Positions 19,601 through 29,117 of a DNA stretch of 64,000 nt are shown here, piece by piece (the first letter of the stretch is position 1; each line of letters begins with the position of its first letter). The notes beneath the pieces are model-generated. The model worked only from the letters and a program-made list of their open reading frames with translations. It searched no databases and was not told the DNA's origin. The DNA comes from Nitrososphaerota archaeon (GTDB lineage: Archaea > Thermoproteota > EX4484-205 > JAAOZP01). The position numbers and the translations under genes were made by a program. Location: positions 11,228-75,227 of the forward strand of contig JAAOZP010000009.1 in the NCBI GenBank assembly GCA_011605725.1. Direction: 5' to 3'.

Positions 19601-19845
19601 TTGCAAGAAGAATACAGGCGTATAGGAAGGAACTCGGCTTAAACCCGACGGATATTCTGAGAAGCGTAACCGTATACGGCGTCGGCGAGGAAGGGTACGA
19701 GAGGCTTAGGCCTCTGTTAACAGAGCTTTCAAACCTGGTTAGAGCTGAGAAGGTGGAGGTTAAGAAAGAACCGCCGGCTGACGTGAGCATATTAAAGGAG
19801 TATGACATTGAGGGAGAAAAAATCTACGTGAAAATAGTTAAGTAG
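16636..19845 (+). CDS. ileS: Isoleucyl-tRNA synthetase
   Basis: 1069 aa, class I aaRS with PTLNGRCHVGHSWG (HIGH), KMSKSLGNVI (KMSKS) and an editing-domain-sized insertion. Confidence 0.9.
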   Translation: MLQNEIAKLFDGEYEMQLLENKVLEFWEENQIPEKLRKLRLERNIGKLGYVEGPPTLNGRCHVGHSWGRAIKDLWYRWRSMQGYYVLFRAGWDTQGLPVEIEAEKELGFSNKREALERLGEERFVAEIKKILKKYHDDWRRVDRRFGMFMDYEKEYLTYRDEYIEREWKYLEKAYEQGLLGKGYRVVAYCPSCQTSLSNAEVGLEYSMVEDPSVYFKVRLETGEYVLVWTTMPFTIVTDELLAVNPEAEYARVRVGGEEWIMVEGLVETLMNRLGISDYTVEETFPGSELEGKKYVYPLLDEVPYQRRLEQEDSRIHRIVTADFVDVTTGTGVVHLAPANGEEDFDVAQRMRIPVFSPFDDEARFTEDAGFFKGLFARDADQVVLDVLNRKGLLVKAERIVHEYPLCWRSKHRLLWLARTEYFYWLDRIIDKLLEAASKVEYFYNPPKNRFLSFLKEGKPWCISRERVWGTPLPIFVCEKCGREELLASRKKIVERAVSLPDGESFELHKPWIDKVKVRCVCGGIMHRVPFVLDTWHNSGAAPYASLTDEEFEEFVPVDFLVESIDQTRGWAWSLLAENVILRNKAEAPYKAFLFYGQVLDENGNKMSKSLGNVINTEDVVTKYSADLCRFYLLWKTNPLENINFSFKEMMERPFQVLNTFFNLGKLLKQNAEYDGFNYDAYSLEWALKKGVVKDSEKWLLSCLQRLVEKVTEGFENMRIHESARALEKFIVETLSRQYVPMVRKDLWSDAPEDLERRMTIYAVLFHVLNIVNRLMNPLTPFLAEAMHQGVVRRFSRNTAESINLEQWPAPDRSLLNDKLEKDFERIDEVVSMVNWARMKAGVKRRWPLKRAILVLNEEYSESVGRNMNLFREMINVKEVSLKNSLEEAGVKTRVRINYSTAGPKFRGKAGKIASLVSTRPEEVRRSIEKEGRYVVEADGETFELIAGDLIFDQEPPANHVLATGKPGCVILDTVRTPELVAEGYMRDVARRIQAYRKELGLNPTDILRSVTVYGVGEEGYERLRPLLTELSNLVRAEKVEVKKEPPADVSILKEYDIEGEKIYVKIVK

Positions 19846-19909
19846 GAAAACAAGTTTAAAAACATGCTTTCAAAAAGGTTTATTTTCCCCTTTCATGAAG
19901 CCTTTCCAA

Positions 19910-20002
19910 GCTCCGGTGGTGTAGCCCGGTAAGCATACCGGCCTTTCGAGTACATGAGTTGAAGACAGCCGGGGGTCGCGGGTTCAAATCCCGCCCGGAG
20001 CA
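19910..20002 (+). tRNA. tRNA-Glu (anticodon UUC) with an 18-nt intron at canonical position 37/38 (about 19949..19966)
   Basis: Exons give GCTCCGGTGGTGTAGCCCGGTAAGCATACCGGCCTTTCGA|GCCGGGGGTCGCGGGTTCAAATCCCGCCCGGAGCA, a 75-nt cloverleaf very similar to known archaeal tRNA-Glu. The intron contains GAAG, which can pair with the anticodon. Confidence 0.8.
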
Positions 20003-20244
20003 CTATTAACTTGAAATCCGTATAATGCTTGGGTCAAGTTTTGTTCCGAAGCGCTGCAAGTTTAACCTATAAATGAATTTGCAAATGGTGTTCCTGTTTG
20101 CACCGGTAGGTTAGCATGCGAATTATTAGCGTGCGTAATGTTGCAGCGTCCTCCGGGAGACATTATTCTGACAATCCGCCAAGAGGCTCGCGCGCTATAC
20201 TTAAACATTAAAAATCCTAAGCAGTCAATCGGCGGGCTGCTCGT

Positions 20245-22452
20245 TCAAGTCTTTCTACCCGCTTGTAGTATCTTGCCTATCAGCGACTCGGCGGAGGAAA
20301 AGGTTTGGATGGTTTCTCCTTTCAGCGCCATCGGAAAAGCCCAGATGACCAGGTTACTGTAGTAATCACTCCCCCAAACGGGTCCACCGTCTTCTGCACT
20401 AATGAGGCAGTATTGATTCCAAGGGGTTCGATGTCTCAGAGCAATACTCTCGTAAATGCGGCGAACAATTTCTAAACCTGTCTCCGTGCGACCAGCATAG
20501 ATCATCGTCATCGCGACACATATGCTTTCGCCTACAAATATCTCTGAAGAATGGGTCTTACCTGAGGTATCCCGCTTTCCATCAGGTAGACAACCGTTAA
20601 CAATGCCGCAGTCAGTTGCTTTAAAGTTTAAAGCCTCCACTGAATCTAGAGCGCTCATCGCGTGTTCTGAGAGAAAAATGCCGTCGAGCCCCACGATCCT
20701 TGTGCACCATTCTCCCATCAACTGGTTCGCCAAACAAACCTCGGATACGCGTTTCCCCTCAGGGTCGTTATAAAGACGGTAATACCGGCCGTTCCAAAGC
20801 TTTTCCTCAAAGGCTCTTCTCCCCTGGTCAAACCATACGCGGCAGTCTTTTGCAAAAGCCATGTCGCCAACTTTTTTCGCCATGTCTTCCGCGATTTTGA
20901 GAGTGGCAAGCCAGATTCCTGCTACGTATGCTGATGTGCCATGCCAGGGCCATATGTCGTAGAACTGGTTAGCAGGCCAGTCTTCGCCTTGAGGAGCATG
21001 GGGATGCTCGTTGACGAGGCCATCAGCATCCGTGTCCAAACCTTTTGCAAAGTAGATAGCATCCTTAACTGAAGGGAAGAATCTTCGCAGAAAAGCCTCG
21101 TCACCGGTTCGACAGTAATATCGGTAAACCGTCTGCACGTATTCGGACGAGTTGAGCGGATGCTGACAATAATAATGGGGTCTTGTAAAACCGATGGGTT
21201 TACCGAAGGAGAATGGGATTTCCCCTGTTTTTAATTGGTAGTGTGCAAAGCCGTTTAGGGTTGTCAACTCTAATTCAGGAAAGAAGAATAATATTGGGAA
21301 ATGGCCGTGGAACCGGCAGACGATGGTTTCAGTTATAGGGCAACCGGTAAAGCTTTCACTATGGGTGAAAAAGCCCATTGGACCCCACCAATCATCCGGT
21401 CTATCACTGTAAATCCATATAGTGTTCTTTGCAAGACTGTAGAGACTGTTGATTAAGGCGTCCTTAAGCCATAATGGCAGCTCAGACCGGTAGATAACTT
21501 CTTGCCATGCAAGGCTACGTCGAAGCATGTCATCAGAGTTCGCAGCGACGAAACGTGCCACGTCAGCGGGACTTTTGAATCTTGTTAAGTACCGGTGTTC
21601 ATGGGGCATACCGTCACTGTCGCGGAAGTAGGGATAAAACCAGGCTAAGACGAAGTTCACATTCGTCTCAGCTCCAGGCATGATTTTGAAATCAAGTGCT
21701 AGGGTTGCACCTGGATGCGTGGCGGAGGCTCTCTGCATCTCCCTGTTAAGGCTTGTCCAAGGAGCTGCTTCTGTTCCGAGCGCTGCTCCATGTTTAACAG
21801 CTGTCCTTGGATGAATAACGCCGATAGCATAGCCTACTTCTTTTCCATGTTTAACTTCAACACCAGCCAGATTATCCTCCTTATCTGTTAATTCAATTCT
21901 GGTAAACGTTTCGCCTTCATGCGGTGTTGGACCAGGAAAGATTAACGCTAAGCAGCCGGATAAAGGCTTCTCTCCCGTGTTCGTCAACCATGTCTTGAAG
22001 ACTATTGCCGGCGTGTTAGACGTTTCAACGTCTCCCGGCACAAAAGGAGTGAAGGCGCGGAGACTAACTTCCAACGGCAGGTCGAGGACGTATTGTAAAT
22101 CTGCAAAAGGATAATGCCCCCAGTAGCATATGTCGGAAACACCTTTTAAACCTTCAGGCGGCTTTAGTGTCAAGACGCGGATCTCCGAATCCAAGACAAG
22201 TGCTAAAAATGGTGAGTTCAACTCGCGGGGTTTTGGCCAAGTGTTAAAAATCGTGCATTTTCCTAAGGTTCCGTCCGTGTTAAGACTAATGTATCCGGTT
22301 CCTAATCCACCCAGTGGCATACCCTCTACAGCTCTGCCTCCTCGGTAAACAACTCCAGCGACTGAATGGGTGAAACCGTCTGCAGAAAATTCCATGAACC
22401 GGCATTCCGGCAGTTCCTTTGGGAATAATAGTTTTCCACGCATTTCTTTCAT
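20245..22452 (-). CDS. Glycoside hydrolase family 116-like (GBA2/SSO1353-type beta-glycosidase)
   Basis: N-terminal GMPLGGLGTGYISLNTDG matches the GBA2/GH116 N-terminal domain motif G-[IM]-PLGG-[IL]-GTG. 735 aa. Confidence 0.7.
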   Translation of the reverse strand: MKEMRGKLLFPKELPECRFMEFSADGFTHSVAGVVYRGGRAVEGMPLGGLGTGYISLNTDGTLGKCTIFNTWPKPRELNSPFLALVLDSEIRVLTLKPPEGLKGVSDICYWGHYPFADLQYVLDLPLEVSLRAFTPFVPGDVETSNTPAIVFKTWLTNTGEKPLSGCLALIFPGPTPHEGETFTRIELTDKEDNLAGVEVKHGKEVGYAIGVIHPRTAVKHGAALGTEAAPWTSLNREMQRASATHPGATLALDFKIMPGAETNVNFVLAWFYPYFRDSDGMPHEHRYLTRFKSPADVARFVAANSDDMLRRSLAWQEVIYRSELPLWLKDALINSLYSLAKNTIWIYSDRPDDWWGPMGFFTHSESFTGCPITETIVCRFHGHFPILFFFPELELTTLNGFAHYQLKTGEIPFSFGKPIGFTRPHYYCQHPLNSSEYVQTVYRYYCRTGDEAFLRRFFPSVKDAIYFAKGLDTDADGLVNEHPHAPQGEDWPANQFYDIWPWHGTSAYVAGIWLATLKIAEDMAKKVGDMAFAKDCRVWFDQGRRAFEEKLWNGRYYRLYNDPEGKRVSEVCLANQLMGEWCTRIVGLDGIFLSEHAMSALDSVEALNFKATDCGIVNGCLPDGKRDTSGKTHSSEIFVGESICVAMTMIYAGRTETGLEIVRRIYESIALRHRTPWNQYCLISAEDGGPVWGSDYYSNLVIWAFPMALKGETIQTFSSAESLIGKILQAGRKT

Positions 22453-23008
22453 AACCTCTTCCTCCTAAACTGTTTACTAATCAAATGGAGACTGGCTTCT
22501 TTAAACTTTGCTGAAGCCCTTTGAACGTGTGTTAATGAAGTATTCATAATGCTAAATTGGTAAAATAATTTAATAATTAAACATTTAGCTGAGAGGAGGG
22601 TTAATTCACACGCCTCTTCTTCACAGCTACGCGTAGCCAAGTCTCTGGATGGAAAGATGTATGGTATGTTACTGGCGTGTTAAAGCCAATGCTGCTTTGA
22701 ATCGGATAGTCAACCCCGTATGTCGATCATAAGTGTTAACTATTTTCAACAGTAGCACAACCCGCCGGATTCTTCCATCCTAATGTTTAAGCTTTTTAGA
22801 GAATTGGCTTTGACGAGAAGCAGACCTCAGGCGCCTGCAGACTATTTCAAAACAGCATACGGCTCTGCTGGGGAAATCCAGGCTTTGAAACACGTACCGC
22901 ATTAGCTGGTCTCTATAACCGTAAGTGGAGACAGATAAAAAGCGTCTCTGGACTTCAGACAGCGTGCGAGAAGGAAGTTCCTCACAATGATTTATTTTTC
23001 CAGAGAGG

Positions 23009-23093
23009 TGCGGAGGGTGGGATTTGAACCCACGAACCCCTTCGGGACGAGGTCCTAAGCCTCGCGCGATTGACCAGGCTACGCGACCTCCGC
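23009..23093 (-). tRNA. tRNA-Leu (anticodon UAG), type II
   Basis: The reverse complement folds with acceptor GCGGAGG/CCTCCGC, anticodon stem CGAGG/CCTCG, loop CTTAGGA, long variable arm, T arm GTGGGTTCAAATCCCAC and discriminator A. Confidence 0.8.
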
Positions 23094-23173
23094 TGGTTAG
23101 ATTTCCATCAGGCTTCCGGATATAAGTGTTTTTCAGCAAGTTTTTAATTCCAGTAGGCTGTATCTTAGACGGG

Positions 23174-24208
23174 ATGAGAAGCATATTCTTCAGGAATGGG
23201 GTGGTTTACGCGCTTGATTCCTCTAAACTGCCTTACAGAGAGAGTTGGCTTAGGCTTACGAATGCCCGTCAAGTGGCTTCTGCAATAAGGAAAATGCAGA
23301 TCAGGGGAGCTCCGTTAATCGGGGTTGCTGCAGCCTACGGCCTTGCCTTAGAGGCTCTAAGATACAGGGGGAGTGATGTTGAAAAACTGAGAAACAGGGT
23401 ATTGAAAGCCTCGGAGGAGCTTAGGCTCGCTAGGCCTACTGGAAGGAATCTGGGCTGGGCGATAGACAGGTGTCTTCAAGCAGTGAGGGAAGAAGAAACA
23501 GTAAGCGGTTTAAGAAGAAGACTTCTCGAGGAGGCTAATAGTATTGCTGACGAGGATGTTGAGACCAACCTTAAGATCGCCAGGAATGGTTTGGAATTGG
23601 TTAGGGATGGTGACAGGATTCTTACGCATTGCAACACAGGTGGCCTAGGTACTGTAGAGTATGGTACTGCTCTTGGAATAATAAGGCTAGCGTGGGAAAA
23701 GGGAAGAAGGATTTCAGTACTGGCTACTGAAACCAGGCCGTTGCTCCAGGGTGCGAGGCTTACTGCTTGGGAGCTTAAGAAATACGGGGTTCCTTTTAAA
23801 CTGATATGTGACTCCATGGCTGGATACGTTATGTCTAGAGGCATGGTTGACAAGGTTCTCGTTGGTGCGGACAGGATTCTTGTAACAGGCCATGTTGCGA
23901 ACAAGATTGGGACCCTTACACTAGCGGTTCTGGCGAAGCACTACAACGTGCCTTTTTACGTTGCAGCACCATTATCAACTTTCGACCTTACGACTAAGCC
24001 TGAGGATATTCCTATTGAGGAAAGAGACTCTGTGGAAGTCACTCATTTTCTCAGCAGGCTTATCACTGTTGAAGGAGTTGAAGTCATTAACCCCGCGTTC
24101 GACATCACGCCTCCTGAACTAATCTCAGGGATAGTTACTGAGAAGGGAGTGATCCAGCCTCCTTATGAAACCAATATTCCTAAAGCCTTCTCGGAGAAGG
24201 GTCGCTAG
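23174..24208 (+). CDS. MtnA/aIF-2B family protein (S-methyl-5-thioribose-1-phosphate isomerase-like)
   Basis: IRGAPLIGVAAAYGLAL and GHVANKIGT motifs. The ORF could also start at 23126, but the start at MRSIFFRNG matches the family N-terminus. Confidence 0.75.
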   Translation: MRSIFFRNGVVYALDSSKLPYRESWLRLTNARQVASAIRKMQIRGAPLIGVAAAYGLALEALRYRGSDVEKLRNRVLKASEELRLARPTGRNLGWAIDRCLQAVREEETVSGLRRRLLEEANSIADEDVETNLKIARNGLELVRDGDRILTHCNTGGLGTVEYGTALGIIRLAWEKGRRISVLATETRPLLQGARLTAWELKKYGVPFKLICDSMAGYVMSRGMVDKVLVGADRILVTGHVANKIGTLTLAVLAKHYNVPFYVAAPLSTFDLTTKPEDIPIEERDSVEVTHFLSRLITVEGVEVINPAFDITPPELISGIVTEKGVIQPPYETNIPKAFSEKGR

Positions 24209-24213
24209 CCTCC

Positions 24214-25761
24214 CTATGCTTGTTCCGCGAGAAGCTGGAAAAGGGGCTTGAGGTGACGGTAAAGAGAAACGTAGAGGCGGTATTGTTTATCGTAGAGTTT
24301 TGAAGCCCAAGGATCCGGGTTTGAAGAATCACCATACTTAACTGTCTCAGCACACGCCTGATTCAGATCCATCCATAGGCCGCAGGCAATCCCAGCCAGT
24401 AGGCAGGAGCCGAAGCAAACATCGTTCGGCTGGGCAGCGCTCACAACGGTTTCTGAGAGAACACTGGCCAGTATTTCTCTCCAGAGGCTGCTTCCTGAGC
24501 CTCCTCCTCTGAAAACCAGTTTTTCAGGCTTTAACCCGAGGCCTGTTAAAACCTCTTTACAATCCCTGAACGCGAACGCCACGCCTTCTAAGACAGCCCT
24601 AACCATGTGAGTCTTATCATGCGCCAGGTTTAAACCGAAGAAGACGCCTCTTGCAGCAGGGTCGTTGTGAGGAGTCCTTTCTCCTATCAAGTACGGGAGG
24701 AAAACAAGTCCTTCCGAACCCGGGGGCGGCTTAGCAGCCTCCAGGGTTAAAAGATCGTACGCATCTATCCCGCAGATTTCTGAGAGAAGTTTCTCCTCTT
24801 TCCCAAGAGCATCTCTAAACCATCTTAGGGATAAGCCTGCTGAGAGCGTTGAGCCTTGAACAACCCACATGTCTGGAGCAGCATGGCAGAAAGTATTCGT
24901 CCGACCCATCTTGTCCACCACTGGTCTAGCCGTTGGGCTTAGAACCTGGCCTCCAGTACCTATGTTCACCGACCAGACTCCTTCACGCACTACGCCGCAG
25001 CCGAGCGCCCCAACCATAGAGTCTCCGCCGCCTGTTGCCACAATCGTTCCAGGCCTTAAGCCCAATGTCTCCGCCGCCTGTCTACTAAGTTCCCCAGCAG
25101 CCTCATGCGAACCCTTAATCTCTGGAAGAGCGTCCAGCTCTATGCCTACGATTGACGCTATTTCCTGAGACCATTGTCTTCTACGTATGTCGAGAAGCAG
25201 TGATCCTGAAGCATCGCTGAAATCAGTGCAGACAACATCAGTCAGCCTCATCCTAATGTAATCCTTTGGAAATAGAAGTGTTTTCACAGCCTCCGCGATC
25301 CTCGGCTCATTCTGCCTAACCCATAGGAAGCTTACAGCGGCGAAGCCCGTGGACGCCCTGTTTCCAGTTATCTCTATCAATGCTTCTGCTCCAAGCTCAT
25401 TCTCAATCTGAATGCGTTGGCTCCTAGTTCTATTGTCAGACCATATTATCGCGGGTCTCAAAACTTCTCCGTAACTGTCTAGAAGAACCATTCCATGCAT
25501 CTGGCCGGAGACACAGATGCTTGAAACAGAGTCCCCGTTGAACCCAGTTCTACTGAGAAGCTCGTGAACAGCCTCCTTTACGCTATGCCACCATACAGCA
25601 GGATCCTGCTCGCACCATCCTGGATGAGGAGACTTAATCGGATATGGCCTACTGGCGTTCAAAACTACTGAACCATTGCTGTCGACAAGCATAGCCTTAA
25701 CGCTTGACGTTCCAAGATCAAGCCCGAGCACAAGAGGAGGCTCCACGCGCCCCATCATCAT
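24214..25761 (-). CDS. FGGY-family carbohydrate kinase (xylulokinase-like)
   Basis: N-terminal LVLGLDLGTSSVKAMLVD. 515 aa. FGGY architecture. Confidence 0.8.
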   Translation of the reverse strand: MMMGRVEPPLVLGLDLGTSSVKAMLVDSNGSVVLNASRPYPIKSPHPGWCEQDPAVWWHSVKEAVHELLSRTGFNGDSVSSICVSGQMHGMVLLDSYGEVLRPAIIWSDNRTRSQRIQIENELGAEALIEITGNRASTGFAAVSFLWVRQNEPRIAEAVKTLLFPKDYIRMRLTDVVCTDFSDASGSLLLDIRRRQWSQEIASIVGIELDALPEIKGSHEAAGELSRQAAETLGLRPGTIVATGGGDSMVGALGCGVVREGVWSVNIGTGGQVLSPTARPVVDKMGRTNTFCHAAPDMWVVQGSTLSAGLSLRWFRDALGKEEKLLSEICGIDAYDLLTLEAAKPPPGSEGLVFLPYLIGERTPHNDPAARGVFFGLNLAHDKTHMVRAVLEGVAFAFRDCKEVLTGLGLKPEKLVFRGGGSGSSLWREILASVLSETVVSAAQPNDVCFGSCLLAGIACGLWMDLNQACAETVKYGDSSNPDPWASKLYDKQYRLYVSLYRHLKPLFQLLAEQA

Positions 25762-25998
25762 TATTTATGACATACTAATCTTATATAAAGTTAGCAACGT
25801 CAAAACTCTGAGGGTAAGGATGCTTCATGCGTCGACTGAGGAGAGCCCCGTGCTCTTCTAAGGGCTGATGGTTGCAGCGGGAACCCGGTCTGGCAAAACC
25901 AGATGAAGAGAAGCAAGTCGACTAGCTGCAAACCTAAAACACCGAGTTAATCATAAAATAATGATTCTTCCACAGGTAATTAGAAAAACGGCGATGAA

Positions 25999-26072
25999 TG
26001 GGCCGAGCCGGACTCGAACCGGCAGCCTCCTGCGCGTCAGGCAGGTGTCCTAGCCATTTAGACGATCGGCCC
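25999..26072 (-). tRNA. tRNA-Val (anticodon GAC)
   Basis: The reverse complement is GGGCCGATCGTCTAAATGGCTAGGACACCTGCCTGACGCGCAGGAGGCTGCCGGTTCGAGTCCGGCTCGGCCCA. Anticodon loop CTGACGC, discriminator A. Confidence 0.85.
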
Positions 26073-26574
26073 TATATCCTAATCCTGTTATTAACAGGAG
26101 AGTCATGTTTTAAAGTTTTCCCGTGGGAAGCCCGGGATTTTGAAAGCCCACCGGCAAATTTGAGCTCAATCAACCGTATCGAACCGCTATTTTAAGATCC
26201 CTCTAGTGTAATCGCTTGAAACTTGGAAGTGTTAGCGCGTTACAACGTGTTGAGAGGGTTAGGCGTGTCTTAAATGGGATAATAAGGATGAGAATAACTT
26301 TCAACACGTTTATCTAATGGGGAATCTCAATAAGCAGCCAGCTGCGACTTTGAAACAGGGAGCATCATTCATAATTAAACCCGCTCTGAGGCTCCCGTAT
26401 TGTCCAAATTAACTTAAGGATAGGCCTCCACCGGTGCCGACTCCATTAGGGAGAAGCAGGTGTGAGAGTGAAACTCATAGTGCGCTTGAATACGGGCGTG
26501 CACTAATAGTAAGCGGCCTGAGAGTTCCTACACGGTTTTTCTGGGAAAAGTTTTCAATCCTAAGCTTTTTGCTG

Positions 26575-26883
26575 CTACTCGAAGAGCGCGCCTAGTCCAG
26601 CCATTTCCTCAGCCGGCTTCTTCTCCTCCTTCTTCTCCTCCTTCTTCTCAGCCGGTGCCTGCTGGGCTGCTGGCGTAGCTGGGGCTACTGGACCTATTGC
26701 CAGCGGAGTTGATAATACTTCATCAATATTCACTTTCGAGAGCGAGGAAACCAGTACTTTTATCCTGGCTTCATCAGGCTCTATGCCTGCTGCCCTCATT
26801 ATGGCTTTTATCCTTTCCTCTGTAATCTCCTGCTTTGCGGAATGCAGGAGCAGTGCCGCATGGATGTATTCAGACATCAGCAT
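26575..26883 (-). CDS. rpl12: 50S ribosomal stalk protein P1 (L12e)
   Basis: Ala/Pro hinge, then the EEKKEEKK acidic tail, ending GLGALFE. Confidence 0.9.
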   Translation of the reverse strand: MLMSEYIHAALLLHSAKQEITEERIKAIMRAAGIEPDEARIKVLVSSLSKVNIDEVLSTPLAIGPVAPATPAAQQAPAEKKEEKKEEKKPAEEMAGLGALFE

Positions 26884-27021
26884 CCACCTCAGAATTTTCT
26901 GAGCATTCTTACGCAGGGTGTTTTTAAGCTTTTATCCGCTCTTTCAACATACCTTTAAACCTGCTTAAACGTTCTTTAGAAGACAAGCTCCTTAGTGATA
27001 CCGTGTCATGGGCTTCTGAGC

Positions 27022-27870
27022 CTAGGCTTTTTCAAGAACTGATTCAAGCCGGCTTGCCTCTGCTCTCGCTGTCTGCAGCATTATTCTAACCGTGTTTTCA
27101 TCATAGTACTGTGCTTTAAGGCTTAGTGTAACGGCCTTGGAAAAGGCTTCTCTAAGCATTATTCTAAGAGATTCAGGCGTCGGGAAGAACGTTGCAACAG
27201 ACAGTTTTAAAGCGTTTTCAACACTCTTTGAGAATCCATTCGCAATGTCCTCAAAAGTTATTGAGAGAACTTCCTCACTATATACTATGCCATCGTGAAT
27301 CGCGGCGTATGATTTTATGAATGCTTCAACAGGCCTTATGTTAAGCTTCGAGAGGACGGAGGCCAGTTGAGGCGTAACCACGTCCCCCGGCTTCGCTACG
27401 ACAGTGTCTTTCGTTACCCATATGCTTCCGGTTTCAATCCTCGTCGGTAGGCCTACCTCGTTGAGAGAAGAGATCACTGGGCCAGCTGGAAGACCGGTGT
27501 TTCCAGCGGGAACAACTATCTCCCTGTCAACAACATCCCCAGCGTTAAGAGGCAGTCTTATCGAATATTTCTTAAGCTCCTGTTGTAGCTCATACGGATT
27601 CACGTTTGAAACAATCAGCATTACTGAACCCTTGGAAGCATACTTCTTTAAGAACTCTCTTAACGCTTGCGAACTTGTTTTCTCAGCAGCCTTCTGTAGA
27701 AGCGTCGTCTTAACATGTTTCAGAATAGCTTTCCCCCTTAGTCTTCTCCTAGCCTCGTTTATCGTTATGGATTTAACCCTGAAAGTGTTGACAAGCATAA
27801 CCGTCTTGCTCGACTCTATCAGGCGGAGAATCTCGTCTACTACTCTTGCCTTGAGAACCTGCTGGCTCAA
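27022..27870 (-). CDS. rpl10: 50S ribosomal protein uL10 (P0)
   Basis: 282 aa, positioned between L1 and P1. P0-like sequence. Confidence 0.85.
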   Translation of the reverse strand: MSQQVLKARVVDEILRLIESSKTVMLVNTFRVKSITINEARRRLRGKAILKHVKTTLLQKAAEKTSSQALREFLKKYASKGSVMLIVSNVNPYELQQELKKYSIRLPLNAGDVVDREIVVPAGNTGLPAGPVISSLNEVGLPTRIETGSIWVTKDTVVAKPGDVVTPQLASVLSKLNIRPVEAFIKSYAAIHDGIVYSEEVLSITFEDIANGFSKSVENALKLSVATFFPTPESLRIMLREAFSKAVTLSLKAQYYDENTVRIMLQTARAEASRLESVLEKA

Positions 27871-28553
27871 GCCTTAGCCTCCCTCGATGCTTTAACGATC
27901 CTACCCATGGTTGTCTTAAACCCTACGTATCTTATTGATGCTGAACGCGGGAGTCTTCTTTCAACCACCGATAAGACTGCACTAGCGTTCTCCAGAAGCT
28001 GTTGAACAGTCATTTCCTCATGCCCTATTTTACATGAGACGGCGAGGCTGGATTTAAGCACAAGCCTCACGCTTCTCCTAAGCCTTTCAACAATCGGTGT
28101 TATCGACGAGGCTGGCGGAACCGGTGTTGGCATCTTGTTCTTAGGTCCGAGGAACTGGCCGAGCACCCTGCCGACCAGAGGCATGAGCGGTGCTTCAGCT
28201 ATGAAGAAATCGTAGGATTGCGCAATCTTCCTGCAGTTCTTCTTCTTACCGGCCATGCTGCTTAAAGAGTCTCTCGAAAGAACGTCCAGCCCAAGGCTTT
28301 TTGCTTCAATAGTCAAGGAGCCGTCTGTGAAGACGCATATTTTAGGCTGCGATTTATAAGGGCTGTGTGGAAGTTCCACGAGCTCTGTAAACCTTTGATC
28401 CGGCTTAGACAGGTCCACGCCGGCTAGGCACACGACTATTTCAACACTCTGCCGAAACTTCCTGGGCCTATTGTTCTCTGGTGAAAGAGCTTTTCTTAAA
28501 GCGTTTTCCAGCGAACTCTTGCTGACCGAGAGCGCTACCGACATTCTACGCAC
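27867..28553 (-). CDS. rpl1: 50S ribosomal protein L1 (uL1)
   Basis: 228 aa L1 fold sequence. Standard L11-L1-L10-L12 order. Confidence 0.85.
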   Translation of the reverse strand: MRRMSVALSVSKSSLENALRKALSPENNRPRKFRQSVEIVVCLAGVDLSKPDQRFTELVELPHSPYKSQPKICVFTDGSLTIEAKSLGLDVLSRDSLSSMAGKKKNCRKIAQSYDFFIAEAPLMPLVGRVLGQFLGPKNKMPTPVPPASSITPIVERLRRSVRLVLKSSLAVSCKIGHEEMTVQQLLENASAVLSVVERRLPRSASIRYVGFKTTMGRIVKASREAKA

Positions 28554-29055
28554 CCTCCCTGCTTAAAACCTCATCGTACTCTCCTTTTTCAAGCATGCTG
28601 ATAACTTCCTTCGGAGGCTTAGAGTCAACAGTTACACCCATGCTTTGACAAGTCCCCAAAACCTCCTTCACAACCCCCTTAAGCGTCTTAGAATAGGTAT
28701 CGTTCATCTTCATCTTAGCTATTTTAACGACTGCTTGGAAACTCAGGTTTCCCTTAGCCTCCTTGCCGGGTGCTCCAGACCCTTTGTCTATCCCAGCCTC
28801 CTTAGCTATCAGAGCTGAGGTTGTGGGGGTTTTAAGAGTTACCGTGAACTGCTTCGTATCGGTGTCAACCTCAATCTCAACCGGGACCTTCATCCCCTTA
28901 AAATCCTTAGTGGCTTCGTTTATCTTAGCCACTACTGCCCCAACGTTAACACCTAAAGGGCCTATGGCTGGGCCTAGGGGTGGTCCCGGCGAAGCATTAC
29001 CGCCCTCCACTATTAGGCTGAGAGTCTTCTTAGCCAGTTTTACACACCTTTTCAA
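28546..29055 (-). CDS. rpl11: 50S ribosomal protein L11 (uL11)
   Basis: VEGGNASPGPPLGPAIGPLGVNVGAVV is the uL11 signature. Confidence 0.9.
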   Translation of the reverse strand: MKRCVKLAKKTLSLIVEGGNASPGPPLGPAIGPLGVNVGAVVAKINEATKDFKGMKVPVEIEVDTDTKQFTVTLKTPTTSALIAKEAGIDKGSGAPGKEAKGNLSFQAVVKIAKMKMNDTYSKTLKGVVKEVLGTCQSMGVTVDSKPPKEVISMLEKGEYDEVLSREGA

Positions 29056-29117
29056 CGTGAGGCCTCTTGCAAGCCTTAAAAATATTTCTTAAGCAATCCA
29101 GGCCCTTAGGAATGGGT

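Noticed and set aside
17199-19808. Multiple antisense ORFs (82-159 aa) within ileS
   Set aside because: They are embedded antisense in a well-supported 1069-aa aaRS gene, with Ser/Thr/Leu-rich translations.
20190-20270. GTTCAAGTC T-loop-like sequence near the GH116 stop
   Set aside because: There is no flanking T-stem or acceptor complementarity, and it overlaps the CDS 3' end.
20138-22348. Small plus-strand ORFs opposite the GH116 gene, and ORF 22780..23184 opposite tRNA-Leu
   Set aside because: They lie antisense to a coherent 735-aa CDS or overlap a tRNA, and have no motifs.
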